Of a stretch of DNA of 64,000 nucleotides, positions 21,601-29,317 are shown piece by piece. The stretch spans positions 288,001 through 352,000 of the forward strand of contig OY760907.1 of NCBI GenBank assembly GCA_963664195.1, read 5' to 3'. The notes under the pieces were generated by a model. That model did not search any database, was not told where the DNA came from, and saw only the letters and a program-made list of their open reading frames with translations. A program made the translations under genes and the position numbers. How positions within the stretch are numbered: position 1 is the stretch's first letter; the number at the start of each line of letters is the position of its first letter. Origin of the DNA: an uncultured candidate division Zixibacteria bacterium. GTDB lineage: Bacteria; Zixibacteria; MSB-5A5; GN15; FEB-12.

Positions 21601-21889
21601 TGATAACCACACCTGGTTCATTGTCGACCGCCGCTATCAGGGCGGCAGTTGTGCCAACTCCCATTAGAACCGTGCGGTCCAATCCGTATTCGCCAATCAG
21701 CGCGATGCTCTTGCCCAGGAGGTCAAGTGTCTCCTGATACGTGCCGGCTGTCACCAACACCGTATCCCCACTCACAGCCGCATCGATGCCAGCTTGAATA
21801 GTAGGTTGATCCGCAGGAACGTGAATGGTGGTCGCTGAAACTGTCGCAGAACTCAGTAGCAGTACAATAGACGCAATGATTGATCGCAT
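15698..21889 (-). CDS. Giant secreted beta-helix (pectin-lyase-like) repeat protein with Ig/FN3-like domains and a C-terminal dockerin
   Basis: Signal MRSIIASIVLLLSSATVSA. Four modules start TIQ.A.D....GDT.LV..GTY and end DP/PR.F....S.C. Dockerin GDMDYD..MGDLTLMIDHLF / GDLDGD..MGDLTILIDHLF. Confidence 0.9.
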   Translation of the reverse strand: MRSIIASIVLLLSSATVSATTIHVPADQPTIQAGIDAAVSGDTVLVTAGTYQETLDLLGKSIALIGEYGLDRTVLMGVGTTAALIAAVDNEPGVVIKGLTFTGSMRGSASAIGVSNAEVSVDSCFFHYLDGPNGAQFAVCVVSTGSATIRRNVFSNNSLWGVIYVDTSSTAQVVNNTVTGNTDAGLSVYGDSSLVANNIVTGCGYYGFYQADNSTITYAYNNIWDNGTDYLNGISPGLGDISVDPMFVDQTGDDVRLLRESPCIDTGDPDPIYNDPDGSRNDMGALPARYYGPIWRVATEGNDTTGDGSQAAPFGTIQHAIDVSIDGDTILVMSGTYSGPGNRDLDPSGKALVILSERGTDSTVINCDGDSVENHRGFYIHSNEDSNTVIIGLTIRGGYSDSRGGGVHIVNASPWFRDCRFVDNSTGHNASYSGGGGVHCLTASPRFSSCVFDSNTTDHDGGGLFVCLSSHPTLDSCAFWNNSAEAGGAVSMYQNCQSQFRHAEFAENTAEVGGAVQTTYESDTSSLWLSCVFRNNSAVTYGGAMSCVGSSPELFQCTMAGNSSAMGSAIACINTSSPTIQESIIAFNLVGEPIECNVSDPASSPALTCSNVFGNEEGDWIGCIQDQLSLRDNLRAAPRFCDTAVGDYGLAANSQCAPGNSECGYRIGAVGVACDSISVVWHVTETGSDSTGDGSEAAPFATIQHAVDASINGDTVLVHDGTYTGEGNQEILLGTRRLVILSENGSSATILDVEDQSARGYVIEEEQDTLTVIQGFTIRNAPVGVYLFSSPLLIDLVLEDNDEGIICNGNPFVRGVVFSFNNIGVDAYGGTIACVQCSFEGNDVGVMMDDGGYMTLDSCTLLNNAKGIELLDGVVACKFCSFNDNTCGTFAISSGGSVAVDSSDFSGNGTAAHGNCDLSNSLISDGARGVVKSTREAASAVGCTFENLDMALEGTGGKKTLDPPRAVWGFDLSDCEITGCDTVAYIVGGDVYEPDRLVLSDCWIHDNGGITTGECHVAMTNTRYENNTSGVNIGYNAFQTVLIQDCAILGNGADALSVSCCDGEVVIRRTVIADNQGNAFSFDGGCHESLDIEDATIVGNAGHGISIADFYELQMTITRSLIAYNAGYGVLCDTLSSDILVSCCDVFDNVGGNYNLMPDQVGTNGNISLDPLFCDTAAGDYHISSCSPCAPDRNECGVLIGALDTACTSYCGPVWHVAVAGDDLEGDGSDVAPFATIQYAVDMAIDGDTVLIQDGTYIGVGNRDIVVYDMSLAVVSESGPESTIIDCQGDSLNPHRGFDIRGDSTNTVSLRGLTIVNGWGSEAEGIESNSGAGGGLLCVTCTMAISNCVFQDNEAGHGAAVYLESAYSTVDSCEFEENTGWVLFSGYDGETTITGTGFIANNGIGLFGLGATDIIAHECRFENNEQSGVELDYCDSVLFTSCSFSSNSSEGVELSGGIGPVHFLGCAFEGNSGAGLRAHYQDGECSLSSCVFRGNALGAAFVQEGEELGVTFDGCHFWANSGSALDIWSDPADLSFTNCTFVRNQSNTNSVIHHWFNEPSTLSLENCLIAFNRGGDPVEFGDPEDSPTGLSLACCDVFGNEAGDYVGQIADYAGANGNISLDPLFCDRAAGGYSLYNTSPCAADNNSCGVLIGAFDVGCSAPVVEVITVDTVGDNQHVLSDDPLIFWSWTDSLGLPQAEFEIAVGTDDDWTYAEMWNPAPFVSSDTFVVYGGSDLVDGVTYWARLRVSNDAAWSEWYEISFRMNSVPSVPTPSSPAGWAVTDGMVTLWLQNALDAELDTLTYDFIAYHDTDCVFGPPIDVQDYPETPDSTGLLVDLTTAENCFYCWRARAFDGYEYGEWSDYECFNISGTPEAPATPVLISPVDQSNGILYDMRPEFFWSWCPDPDPGDTVLYKVELAIDSNFSFVMTVDSLAENRYTPDDSLEFHEQYWWRVTAHDQTSLESVSSVAGWWTWTLGDMDYDHMSSMGDLTLMIDHLFISLTPLDPMITGDLDGDCTVTMGDLTILIDHLFISLNPLTTPGCEAPKATTQSGGKQERERPQSRH

Positions 21890-21921
21890 ATGCTCCCCCA
21901 CGGAGTAAATGGTTTAACCAC

Positions 21922-21949
21922 AACATACTAAGAAGGACATGATTGTCAA
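21922..21949 (-). promoter_or_regulatory. Sigma70-like promoter
   Basis: TTGACA-16 nt-TATGTT on the minus strand, upstream of 21889. Confidence 0.45.
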
Positions 21950-22022
21950 TAGCAATATGGGCCACGCATCCGACTATGTCCCACAAGACCAATCAACTAA
22001 AGCCACTGCATTCAGTGGAGTG

Positions 22023-22262
22023 CTACAACTGTTCCTGCGCCTTCCACAGAAGCCTATATACTGCATTGCGATACGTCTTGAGATATTGTGCGATCTCACA
22101 CACGGTGAAACCATAGCATCGAAGCAGGATCACATGCTTGAGTCTGCGATCAACGTCAGGGTATTCTTCTGATATCATCGCCACAACGTCGGGTAGGACG
22201 CGGTTAGCTGACGATAGGGCGCCTCTGGGAGACAGTCCTTTGCTCTTGCGTCTAGTCTTCAT
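22023..22262 (-). CDS. Small sigma70-region-4-like HTH protein
   Basis: VILLRCYGFTVCEIAQYLKTYRNAVYRLLWKA; GAGG SD before ATG 22262. Confidence 0.6.
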   Translation of the reverse strand: MKTRRKSKGLSPRGALSSANRVLPDVVAMISEEYPDVDRRLKHVILLRCYGFTVCEIAQYLKTYRNAVYRLLWKAQEQL

Positions 22263-22710
22263 TGTTCGTAAACCTCGTGCGGTTGAAAGTCTCTGCCCGA
22301 CCAAGTTTCTCCGAACTTAGTCTGAGCAGTCTTTTTCGTTTGCTGGATAATCGTATCTGCAAGACTGGATCTGCCACCACATCAATCATGGTTGAGTCAG
22401 GCTTCACTACTGTAACTCGGTAGCGATCACATTCGCCGAGTTTAGGATTGTCTGCAACAACGAAACCTTTCAGCGGATCGCCAACCTTTCCATCCGCCCC
22501 ATGACAGATGATCCTCTCCAACGTACTTGTACTGCCGACAGATGTTGTCCTGGCAGCGTGCTTGTCCACCGGGATGCCAGCCGCGTTGCAGGGGTGCGCT
22601 CTCTCGTATCTGTGCCACTGCTGCTGCCATTTGGCCAAATACTTGTACGCCAGGCGATACTGCCGAGGAGTCACGTAGTGAAACTTGCGTGTATTGCTGC
22701 TTTGTCCCAT
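22252..22710 (-). CDS. Hypothetical protein of the island core
   Basis: GAGG SD, ATG 22710; tightly packed between the Xis-like and HTH genes. Confidence 0.5.
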   Translation of the reverse strand: MGQSSNTRKFHYVTPRQYRLAYKYLAKWQQQWHRYERAHPCNAAGIPVDKHAARTTSVGSTSTLERIICHGADGKVGDPLKGFVVADNPKLGECDRYRVTVVKPDSTMIDVVADPVLQIRLSSKRKRLLRLSSEKLGRAETFNRTRFTNNED

Positions 22711-22724
22711 GCTCGAATGCGCCT

Positions 22725-22937
22725 CTAGAATCCAAACTGTTTGATGTCTATTTTGTGGGTCATTCTGCCGGCTGTTGATCGTTGCTGAACCCACTTCTCT
22801 ATCTCAGGCATATTGAATCTCACGAACTTGCCTATCTTTGCATGTGGGATGAATCCCTGATGCGTCCACTGGTAGATGGTGGAGACTTTGACACCGAGAA
22901 GGTCGGCTATCTGTTGAGGCGTAAGAAGAGCATCCAT
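22725..22937 (-). CDS. Excisionase-like HTH protein (HTH_17/AlpA type)
   Basis: LLTPQQIADLLGVKVSTIYQW...IPHAKIGKFVRF; start overlaps the primase stop. Confidence 0.85.
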   Translation of the reverse strand: MDALLTPQQIADLLGVKVSTIYQWTHQGFIPHAKIGKFVRFNMPEIEKWVQQRSTAGRMTHKIDIKQFGF

Positions 22938-24976
22938 TATGACTGCTCCCCTGTTTCTGACAGATCCGCGAGCCGGTAGAATGCTGACTTGCTGCCTCTG
23001 CCTCCATCCGGTCTCTTGTCAACTCTCTCGATCTTGCCTTCATTGACCAGATGTTTGAGCCCGTTGTCGATAAGCTTCTCCCCAACACCGCCTCCTTGGC
23101 CTTTGGAGACGATGTCCTTGCGCGCCACAAGGTCTCTTTCAGACAGGCAATCCAGTATGACGGGGACTGCTCTCTGAACCTGTTCGGAGACTCTAGCCTC
23201 CCTGACATCTCCGGCGTACACTAGCTGAATCTTGCCAAGTCGTGGCTCACGAAGCTTGAAAGTGAAAGCCGGAATCTCTCTGCCATATCGAGACTTGCTG
23301 TGCTCAACTTTGAGGACATCTCCTGCCTGGCTGACGGACAGTTGGCAATCCACCGCAGCCGATTTCTCGCTTGATCCTCGCAGAGCATGTTGAGAGCTTG
23401 TCGCATTCTCCCCGGGTTTGCGATTGTGATCCGCGAAGACGAAGAAGCAGTGATGTTCTCTCACCAGTTCCTTCACCGATTCGAACACACGCTTCATTTC
23501 AGACGCCGAGTTCTCCTCTGCGCTGTGGAACCGTATGAGAGAATCACAGATAACTAGCTTGGGGCGATATCTTTCAAGGTTGACTTCAAGGATGGACAGC
23601 CTCCTGCTGTCTGTGAAAGAGACTCCTTGACCTACAAGGAAGTGTATGTCCTCAATGGGCTCAGGCTTGCCGCCCGCCACTAGCTGTCGACATCGCTTGC
23701 CCAACAAAGGAGGGTAGGATTCCTCATCCACATACAGTACTGGCCCTTGCAGAGTCTGAAACTGATTGAACCACTTCCCTCCTGCGGCACATGTAAGGGT
23801 AAGATCCAGGACCAACCATGATTTTCCTATTCCGGGAGCCCCTCCTATGATCGCAATCCCCTCAGTCGGAAACAGGCTCTCGACCAACCACGGTATCTCC
23901 TTGTCTGCTTGACTTAGAAGCTGAGCAAAAGGAATGGCCGTTTCTGACCTGATTTCTTGATTTCCTATATATATAGGGGCGGAAACCGGAAACCGAGTCG
24001 TCGACGGATAGCGATCACATATTCCGTCCACCACAGTTTGGAGTTCGTCTGGTGGGAAACCAACCTGCGAGGCGTGCGGAACTAACAGGGCCGCAATGTC
24101 TTCCGGGGACCATCCGTCACGATGTAGTCTTCCCGTAATCTTGGCAAATGTACTGTTTCTGTTGCCATCAGACAGGTTCTTGAGCCCTTCGCCTATCCAC
24201 CCCGGCTTGTTTCTCACGACCTGATTTCCACTATCATTTGGCAATCGGGTCGCAGCCAGATCGACTGATTCAGCTATTCGGAGAAGAAATGGATGCGGGT
24301 TCAGGTCTCCCCGCTCAGGATACGCGACATGAGGTACCCCTGCGGCCTTCTGAGCCTTCTCACGAATCTGATCGATCGACCAGGCAGTGAACTCCTCCAG
24401 AGTCAGCTTTGTCTTGAAAAGGCCGCTGTCTCTGTGCTTGGTGTTCGGAACTCGCCAGAGCTGGTTGCGCTGGTAGATACACGTGTCGATAGTGATGCCT
24501 TCGGCGAGTTTTTTAGCAATACGGCCTATCTTGGCAGGCAGATCAGATGAAGGCCCTAACCCGAATAGCTGGGACGGGATTCCGATATGGAAGCCCTTAC
24601 AGCCAGAGAAGTAGATGTCGAGATTCCGAACGATCTCATCTCCCTGCTCTTTCAGTCGCCCGACCAGTTCTCTTCCCCACCCAAGCGCCTCTGCCGGATC
24701 GCTGGAATCGATATCGAACCACACGAAGTCAGAGTAGCATTCGACCGGAGGGCATTTGGAGACGGAGCCTATACGTTGACAATGCTCCTGGTAGGCTTCC
24801 GGGAAGCGGAACATGCCTGTGAAACAGTTAGACGTATTGACTGGAATACTGAGCTCGTTGACGTCTACTACTCTATTGCGCCGCTTGACGCCCCCGAAGG
24901 CGGTGTCGATGAATCGATGGTCGCGGCAATGCGTGAGATACTGTTGCGTGATCTGTCTAGTTGATCTGCTGTCCAT
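22937..24976 (-). CDS. AEP-type primase + PriCT + AAA_25/RepA-like helicase fusion
   Basis: WFDID, YFSGCKGFH, RVPNTKH (AEP motifs); GNRN (PriCT); GAPGIGKS, LYVDEE, VICDSL, DHNRK, LRGSS (RepA-like helicase); C-terminal wHTH. Confidence 0.88.
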   Translation of the reverse strand: MDSRSTRQITQQYLTHCRDHRFIDTAFGGVKRRNRVVDVNELSIPVNTSNCFTGMFRFPEAYQEHCQRIGSVSKCPPVECYSDFVWFDIDSSDPAEALGWGRELVGRLKEQGDEIVRNLDIYFSGCKGFHIGIPSQLFGLGPSSDLPAKIGRIAKKLAEGITIDTCIYQRNQLWRVPNTKHRDSGLFKTKLTLEEFTAWSIDQIREKAQKAAGVPHVAYPERGDLNPHPFLLRIAESVDLAATRLPNDSGNQVVRNKPGWIGEGLKNLSDGNRNSTFAKITGRLHRDGWSPEDIAALLVPHASQVGFPPDELQTVVDGICDRYPSTTRFPVSAPIYIGNQEIRSETAIPFAQLLSQADKEIPWLVESLFPTEGIAIIGGAPGIGKSWLVLDLTLTCAAGGKWFNQFQTLQGPVLYVDEESYPPLLGKRCRQLVAGGKPEPIEDIHFLVGQGVSFTDSRRLSILEVNLERYRPKLVICDSLIRFHSAEENSASEMKRVFESVKELVREHHCFFVFADHNRKPGENATSSQHALRGSSEKSAAVDCQLSVSQAGDVLKVEHSKSRYGREIPAFTFKLREPRLGKIQLVYAGDVREARVSEQVQRAVPVILDCLSERDLVARKDIVSKGQGGGVGEKLIDNGLKHLVNEGKIERVDKRPDGGRGSKSAFYRLADLSETGEQS

Positions 24977-25104
24977 GACAGCAAACTACGACTAGCGGTG
25001 GGGCAACAGGCTGTACATGGCACAGTACAATTGCCGAGATCGCCGTACATTTGCCTGTACAACCGGTGCAACACGTCCACTTGCGTGGTACTGGATTCTG
25101 TCCG

Positions 25105-27126
25105 TCAGATATTCAGCCGGTAGGTGCCTTTGCTCCCCCCGTTACGAATGAGCTTCTCTCGAGCATCCTTGTTCCTGAATATATCTCGAAGAGACTTGTG
25201 AGAGGACTCCAAACTTCCGGTGGCGACTTCCACGAGAGTCGACAGCCCCACATCGGGAGTCCCATTCTTGTGTTCCTCGTGAAGCAGACGAATCACAGCG
25301 GCTTGCATTTGTGTCAACGGGTAGGTTGCTCCGCGGAGGCGCACTGAGCGATAGCCTTTGCTGGCATAAAAACCGTCAATTGGTGGCTCGGATCGATCCT
25401 GTTGGCTATTACCTGTCTCTTGGCACTCAACCCCAACAGGCGTTGGCTCTGGAGAACGATCCGCAAGCTTTGTGCCGGAATCAGACTGTGAGTCAGTCCC
25501 CTCGACACTCAGGAGAACCTCTACCTTCATCCGCAGAGACAGAAGACTCTCCTTAACGAATGCTGTTCTATCAGTCGACCATCCACCGGGCCCGTTTTCG
25601 TAGTCGTGGATTACTATACCTAACTCCATCGGGATCAGCATTGAAAGGGCATCTTCCGGTACCGGGCCTGTTCGGTGCCACTTGGGAAGGGTTCGGACCT
25701 CCAACTTCGTGCGGGGATGCAGTCTCGTCGCGCGGCCAAAGAATACCAAAACGAACTCTTGGCCTTGTTCCATGCAGCAATAGTCGTACTGGAACGGGTT
25801 CCTCTTGCACCACTTGAGGCCAACATGGTTCAGCAACTCAAACAGACGCTCGATCTGCTCCTCCGATTCAGGCGTGTTTCCTGAGGGCTCGGCCATTGCG
25901 TCAGGAGTGCTCTCTATCGCTATTATCTTATCGCACTGCGTAATGATCTCATTCAGGATGTGGGTAGCGTCTTCAGGCACGCACTGCGAGAGCGAGACCA
26001 AATCGCTCCTTCCGACATCGCGTTTCGCGGATGACGAAATCGAAGTGGTGCTTTCTTCATGTATCTCGACCAGTCTTCGCAAATACTCCAAGTCAGCTTT
26101 GATACTCTCGACGAATGTCTTCTCCCAAAATCCCATCTTTCGGTCGTCCGTATTGATGGAACCATACAACAACAGAGCTATCTCCTCCGGGACACTGTGC
26201 CGAGCAAGATGGCTGGGGATGGGCGTCTTGTTCGGCCAGAGCAGAAGGTGCGGTGAGCCACTTCCGCCGAACGGTTCTGGAGCCTCCTCGCGCCGAGCAA
26301 AAACCAGATCATAAGGATAGACATAGCAGTCGAAAAGGAGTGGGTCGATCCCGCACCACCTATAGGCAGCCAGCATTAGTTCGTAAGCCAGCTTGAAGAT
26401 CATCTCATGCGGACTCCCATGGTCTCCCTCAAGCAAAACATCCCAGAGGTCGGCGTCCTCAGGGTAGCACTCTAGGGCGTATGCTGCTATCTCAATGATC
26501 TCGTCGAGAATGGACAGAGCGTTTTGCGGCACTGTCAGAAGCGTGCTGCGCTTGGTGCTGGGACTCAATTGTCCATCTGTAACGGGCTGCAGCGATGCGG
26601 AATTCCTCGCAGACTTCCCCTCATTGCGAACCATCACCTTGTTTCTCAGTGATTCAAAGTCGCCAAGCATCAACGTCAAGTTCACATCCGTAAGGAACTG
26701 AATGTGCAAGTGAGATCCGCCGATCCACAAGTGAAGAATGTTTCTTAACTCATGCGGCACATAATGTCGATATAATGTCTGGGGGATCTCTGTATCATTG
26801 GGCCAGACCGAGAATACTGGAACACTGACCCCCGTCCCAACTGAATGTGGGGCCTCCTCGCGCCGCGCAAATACCAGACAGCAGTTCGCTCGATCTCCAT
26901 GTAGATAACAATCGTAAACCAGAGGATCCATGGCGCACCAACGGTGCGGCAAGAGGTTCAGCGAGTCCACCAACCTGAAGTGTTTCTGTCCTGGATAGTC
27001 ATCAATGTCTTCCGGGGCGGAATCATCGACTGATTCCTCTTCGCCATCGGACAGAATAGCTTCGATTTGCTTGATTACGTCATTTAGAATGGCTTCTGCC
27101 GCGTCTGGGACCGTTACTTCTTTCAT
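25105..27126 (-). CDS. Protein with three tandem copies of an unrecognised ~170-190 aa domain and a C-terminal wHTH
   Basis: Three VP..A..IL..II...WC..(D/N)P..(Y/F)D units. C-terminus YPLTQMQAAVIRLLHE...LRDIF...KGTYRLNI. Likely start ATG 27126. Confidence 0.75.
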   Translation of the reverse strand: MKEVTVPDAAEAILNDVIKQIEAILSDGEEESVDDSAPEDIDDYPGQKHFRLVDSLNLLPHRWCAMDPLVYDCYLHGDRANCCLVFARREEAPHSVGTGVSVPVFSVWPNDTEIPQTLYRHYVPHELRNILHLWIGGSHLHIQFLTDVNLTLMLGDFESLRNKVMVRNEGKSARNSASLQPVTDGQLSPSTKRSTLLTVPQNALSILDEIIEIAAYALECYPEDADLWDVLLEGDHGSPHEMIFKLAYELMLAAYRWCGIDPLLFDCYVYPYDLVFARREEAPEPFGGSGSPHLLLWPNKTPIPSHLARHSVPEEIALLLYGSINTDDRKMGFWEKTFVESIKADLEYLRRLVEIHEESTTSISSSAKRDVGRSDLVSLSQCVPEDATHILNEIITQCDKIIAIESTPDAMAEPSGNTPESEEQIERLFELLNHVGLKWCKRNPFQYDYCCMEQGQEFVLVFFGRATRLHPRTKLEVRTLPKWHRTGPVPEDALSMLIPMELGIVIHDYENGPGGWSTDRTAFVKESLLSLRMKVEVLLSVEGTDSQSDSGTKLADRSPEPTPVGVECQETGNSQQDRSEPPIDGFYASKGYRSVRLRGATYPLTQMQAAVIRLLHEEHKNGTPDVGLSTLVEVATGSLESSHKSLRDIFRNKDAREKLIRNGGSKGTYRLNI

Positions 27127-27349
27127 GTTCTTCCCCACAATTCCTCGATTGACGACTCGCATAATACGACATTCCTGTCCAGTATGCAATCAACGTGGCC
27201 CTAGGGATATCTATCTGCAGCATGCCGCGTTGGTAATGTGAAATCGAGAGTACTGCGCGGGGCTTCAGGTGCTGAGCAGGGGGGGGGGGGAGAGCGCATT
27301 CCCGATTTGTGGTGAGGCTATCCCGCAGAGAGTCAGCAATCCCTGCCCA

Positions 27350-28441
27350 TCAGAACGAAAGCTTATTGACCGCTCCCGCCAGATGATCCGGGGCCAGGTG
27401 TGCATAGATCATCGTGGTCTGGATGTCCGCATGGCCAAGAAGTTCTTTCACAGACGGCAGATCTACACCGCTCATCACCAAGTGGCTGGCAAAAGTATGG
27501 CGACGTGTGTGGATCTTAGTCACATCTTCCAGGCCGGCCGCCACTGCGGTCTTAATCAACGCCTTGCGGAGCTTGGTCTTCAGTTTGCCACCATCTACAC
27601 TTGGAAACACATACTGCTGGTCTTTTGCTCCCTTTGGCTTGTGACCCTTCAGCAACTTCACCATCCCTTCGTTGAGAGGAACCTGCCGTTCACCCGCCTT
27701 AGGTTGCCAGTCGCCCTTCTTGCGAACGTGAAGAATCGTCCGCTTCAGATCAACATCCCTCCATTGCAGATTGATGAGTTCGCCGAGCCTCAGACCGGTA
27801 TTCAGAAACGTATAGAAGATCGGATGGAGTTTGCGATCCGCTGCACCAAGCAGCCTCTCGCACTCCTCCCGCGTCAGAAATCTTGGCTCAGCCTCCTCCT
27901 GTATCCGGAAGTAGGTAACATCTTCCAGCGGATTCTGTCGGCAAAGCCCCCTCTTGCGAGCAAATGTGAAAATCGATTTGAGCGTCTTCAACTCATAGTT
28001 GATTGTCTTGGGACTCCCGGCCATCGCATTTGGACGAATCTTGATGGGAAAGTCATCGGGCAGGACGAGTGTTCTGGGGTCAGTGTCTTTCCGAAATTTC
28101 TTGTACTGCTCAATCGTTACGAGATCCAACTGAGATACGCGTTCGATATTCGGGTGTCTCAGCAGAAGGAAGAACTTGAAATTGGCGATTACCTGCGAGT
28201 ATCGCAGGGTCGTACGGGGGGCATGATTCGTATCGGAATAGTCGAGGTAGTGCGAGAAGGCTTGCTCCAGTGTGCCGTCGGGCACGTCGAGATCGAACTC
28301 CTGGCGAGTGATCTTCACTTCCAGATCTTTGAGGACTAACTCCGCAGTTCGTTTGGACCGGCCGATCCGACGACGAACTCGTTTGCCATTGGCCATGACG
28401 TTGACGTAGTAGACTCCAGCTCGTTTATAGATTGATCCCAT
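27350..28441 (-). CDS. int: Phage-type tyrosine integrase next to tRNA-Met
   Basis: MGSIYKR arm-binding N-terminus; TGLRLGEL, HTRRHTFAS, LLGH, TTMIYAH. Confidence 0.93.
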   Translation of the reverse strand: MGSIYKRAGVYYVNVMANGKRVRRRIGRSKRTAELVLKDLEVKITRQEFDLDVPDGTLEQAFSHYLDYSDTNHAPRTTLRYSQVIANFKFFLLLRHPNIERVSQLDLVTIEQYKKFRKDTDPRTLVLPDDFPIKIRPNAMAGSPKTINYELKTLKSIFTFARKRGLCRQNPLEDVTYFRIQEEAEPRFLTREECERLLGAADRKLHPIFYTFLNTGLRLGELINLQWRDVDLKRTILHVRKKGDWQPKAGERQVPLNEGMVKLLKGHKPKGAKDQQYVFPSVDGGKLKTKLRKALIKTAVAAGLEDVTKIHTRRHTFASHLVMSGVDLPSVKELLGHADIQTTMIYAHLAPDHLAGAVNKLSF

Positions 28442-28544
28442 AGAAGAACCCTCCGAAATCGATGTCACAAAATGGGCACAGCCCGCGACTACAGGAAGGT
28501 ACGAATTTCGTAAGTGGTTGTCAATGATTGGCTTAATAAAAAAA

Positions 28545-28618
28545 TAGCGGAGCAGGGACTTGAACCCCGGACACGCGGATTATGATTCCGCTGCTCTAAC
28601 CAGCTGAGCTACTCCGCC
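28545..28618 (-). tRNA. tRNA-Met (CAT), probably elongator; CCA not encoded
   Basis: GGCGGAGTAGCTCAGCTGGTTAGAGCAGCGGAATCATAATCCGCGTGTCCGGGGTTCAAGTCCCTGCTCCGCTA folds as a cloverleaf. TTGACA-16-TAAATT promoter upstream. Confidence 0.95.
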
Positions 28619-28907
28619 ATTACAAATCGAATATGCGAGCCAAGAATTTACACGATTTCCTGATTATGTCAAGGAAATTGTAGCGGACGCTCAAACCGGC
28701 CAATCGCCAACGGCTGTCTTCAGACCTGCGAGGACACTGCCCTCAAGAGTAAGACCAGATTTCGCTGTCGCTCCTCCTACAGGCTTCAAAATAGACAGTC
28801 CCTCCCCCGCCAGTTCCATGCCTCTTTGATGGCCCCGTCGTTTATGGCGACGCACATCCCAAGATCCCAAGACCCCACGACCGCGTCCCCGAGCGCCAAG
28901 CCAGACA

Positions 28908-29045
28908 CAAAAAAGACAGCCCGCCGAAACGAGCTGTCTTCAGATTCGAAAAAGGAGTTTCCCCTCACATGGAAACTCCTTCTTCCCCACCTCTTAAATA
29001 CCCTTCACCGCCATACTGCGTATATTTAAGAGTAACTAACTGCAC
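28908..29045 (-). ncRNA. Candidate sigma54-dependent small RNA with three hairpins
   Basis: Lies downstream of a perfect sigma54 box. Stems CTCTTAAATA/TATTTAAGAG, AAGGAGTTTCC/GGAAACTCCTT and AAGACAGC/GCTGTCTT+TTTT; no convincing ORF. Confidence 0.55.
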
Positions 29046-29056
29046 CCTCGTAATAG

Positions 29057-29071
29057 GCAAGTCAGGTGCCA
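29057..29071 (-). promoter_or_regulatory. Sigma54 (-24/-12) promoter
   Basis: TGGCACCTGACTTGC, an exact TGGCAC-N5-TTGC match; IHF-like TAACAATAGGTTA at 29100-29112. Confidence 0.75.
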
Positions 29072-29273
29072 AACCGGAATCTCGTCCAACGATTCACCGT
29101 AACCTATTGTTATAAAGAGACATACTGAACACAGCCGACAAGCCGCTCCCATACGGCGCTCTCACAATATCGCAGCAAATGCGCCAATCCAATCGCGCAG
29201 ACACGGCGGAACACGACCTATCTTATTTGTATACAGTTATTTACCGAACGCACGATCTGCGGCCGGAAAAGCA

Positions 29274-29302
29274 GCAAAACGCCCAATAATTGGGCGTTTT
29301 GC
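29274..29302 (-). terminator. Hairpin downstream of lpdA
   Basis: GCAAAACGCCCAAT-A-ATTGGGCGTTTTGC. Confidence 0.7.
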
Positions 29303-29317
29303 GTTAATATCTGCGTT

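Larger units (their letters stand above)
1..28544. mobile_element. tRNA-Met-anchored integrative island (left boundary not found in the window)
   Basis: The integrase lies immediately 3' of the tRNA, followed by primase, Xis-like gene and accessory cargo. No housekeeping genes occur left of the tRNA. Confidence 0.65.

Noticed and set aside
27279..27290. Poly-G tract (also the T/G runs near 5725-5740) as a phase-variation switch
   Set aside because: Intergenic, with no clear link to a promoter; homopolymer lengths look unreliable in this assembly.
27269..28339. 356-aa plus-strand ORF
   Set aside because: Antisense shadow of the integrase; no motifs of its own.
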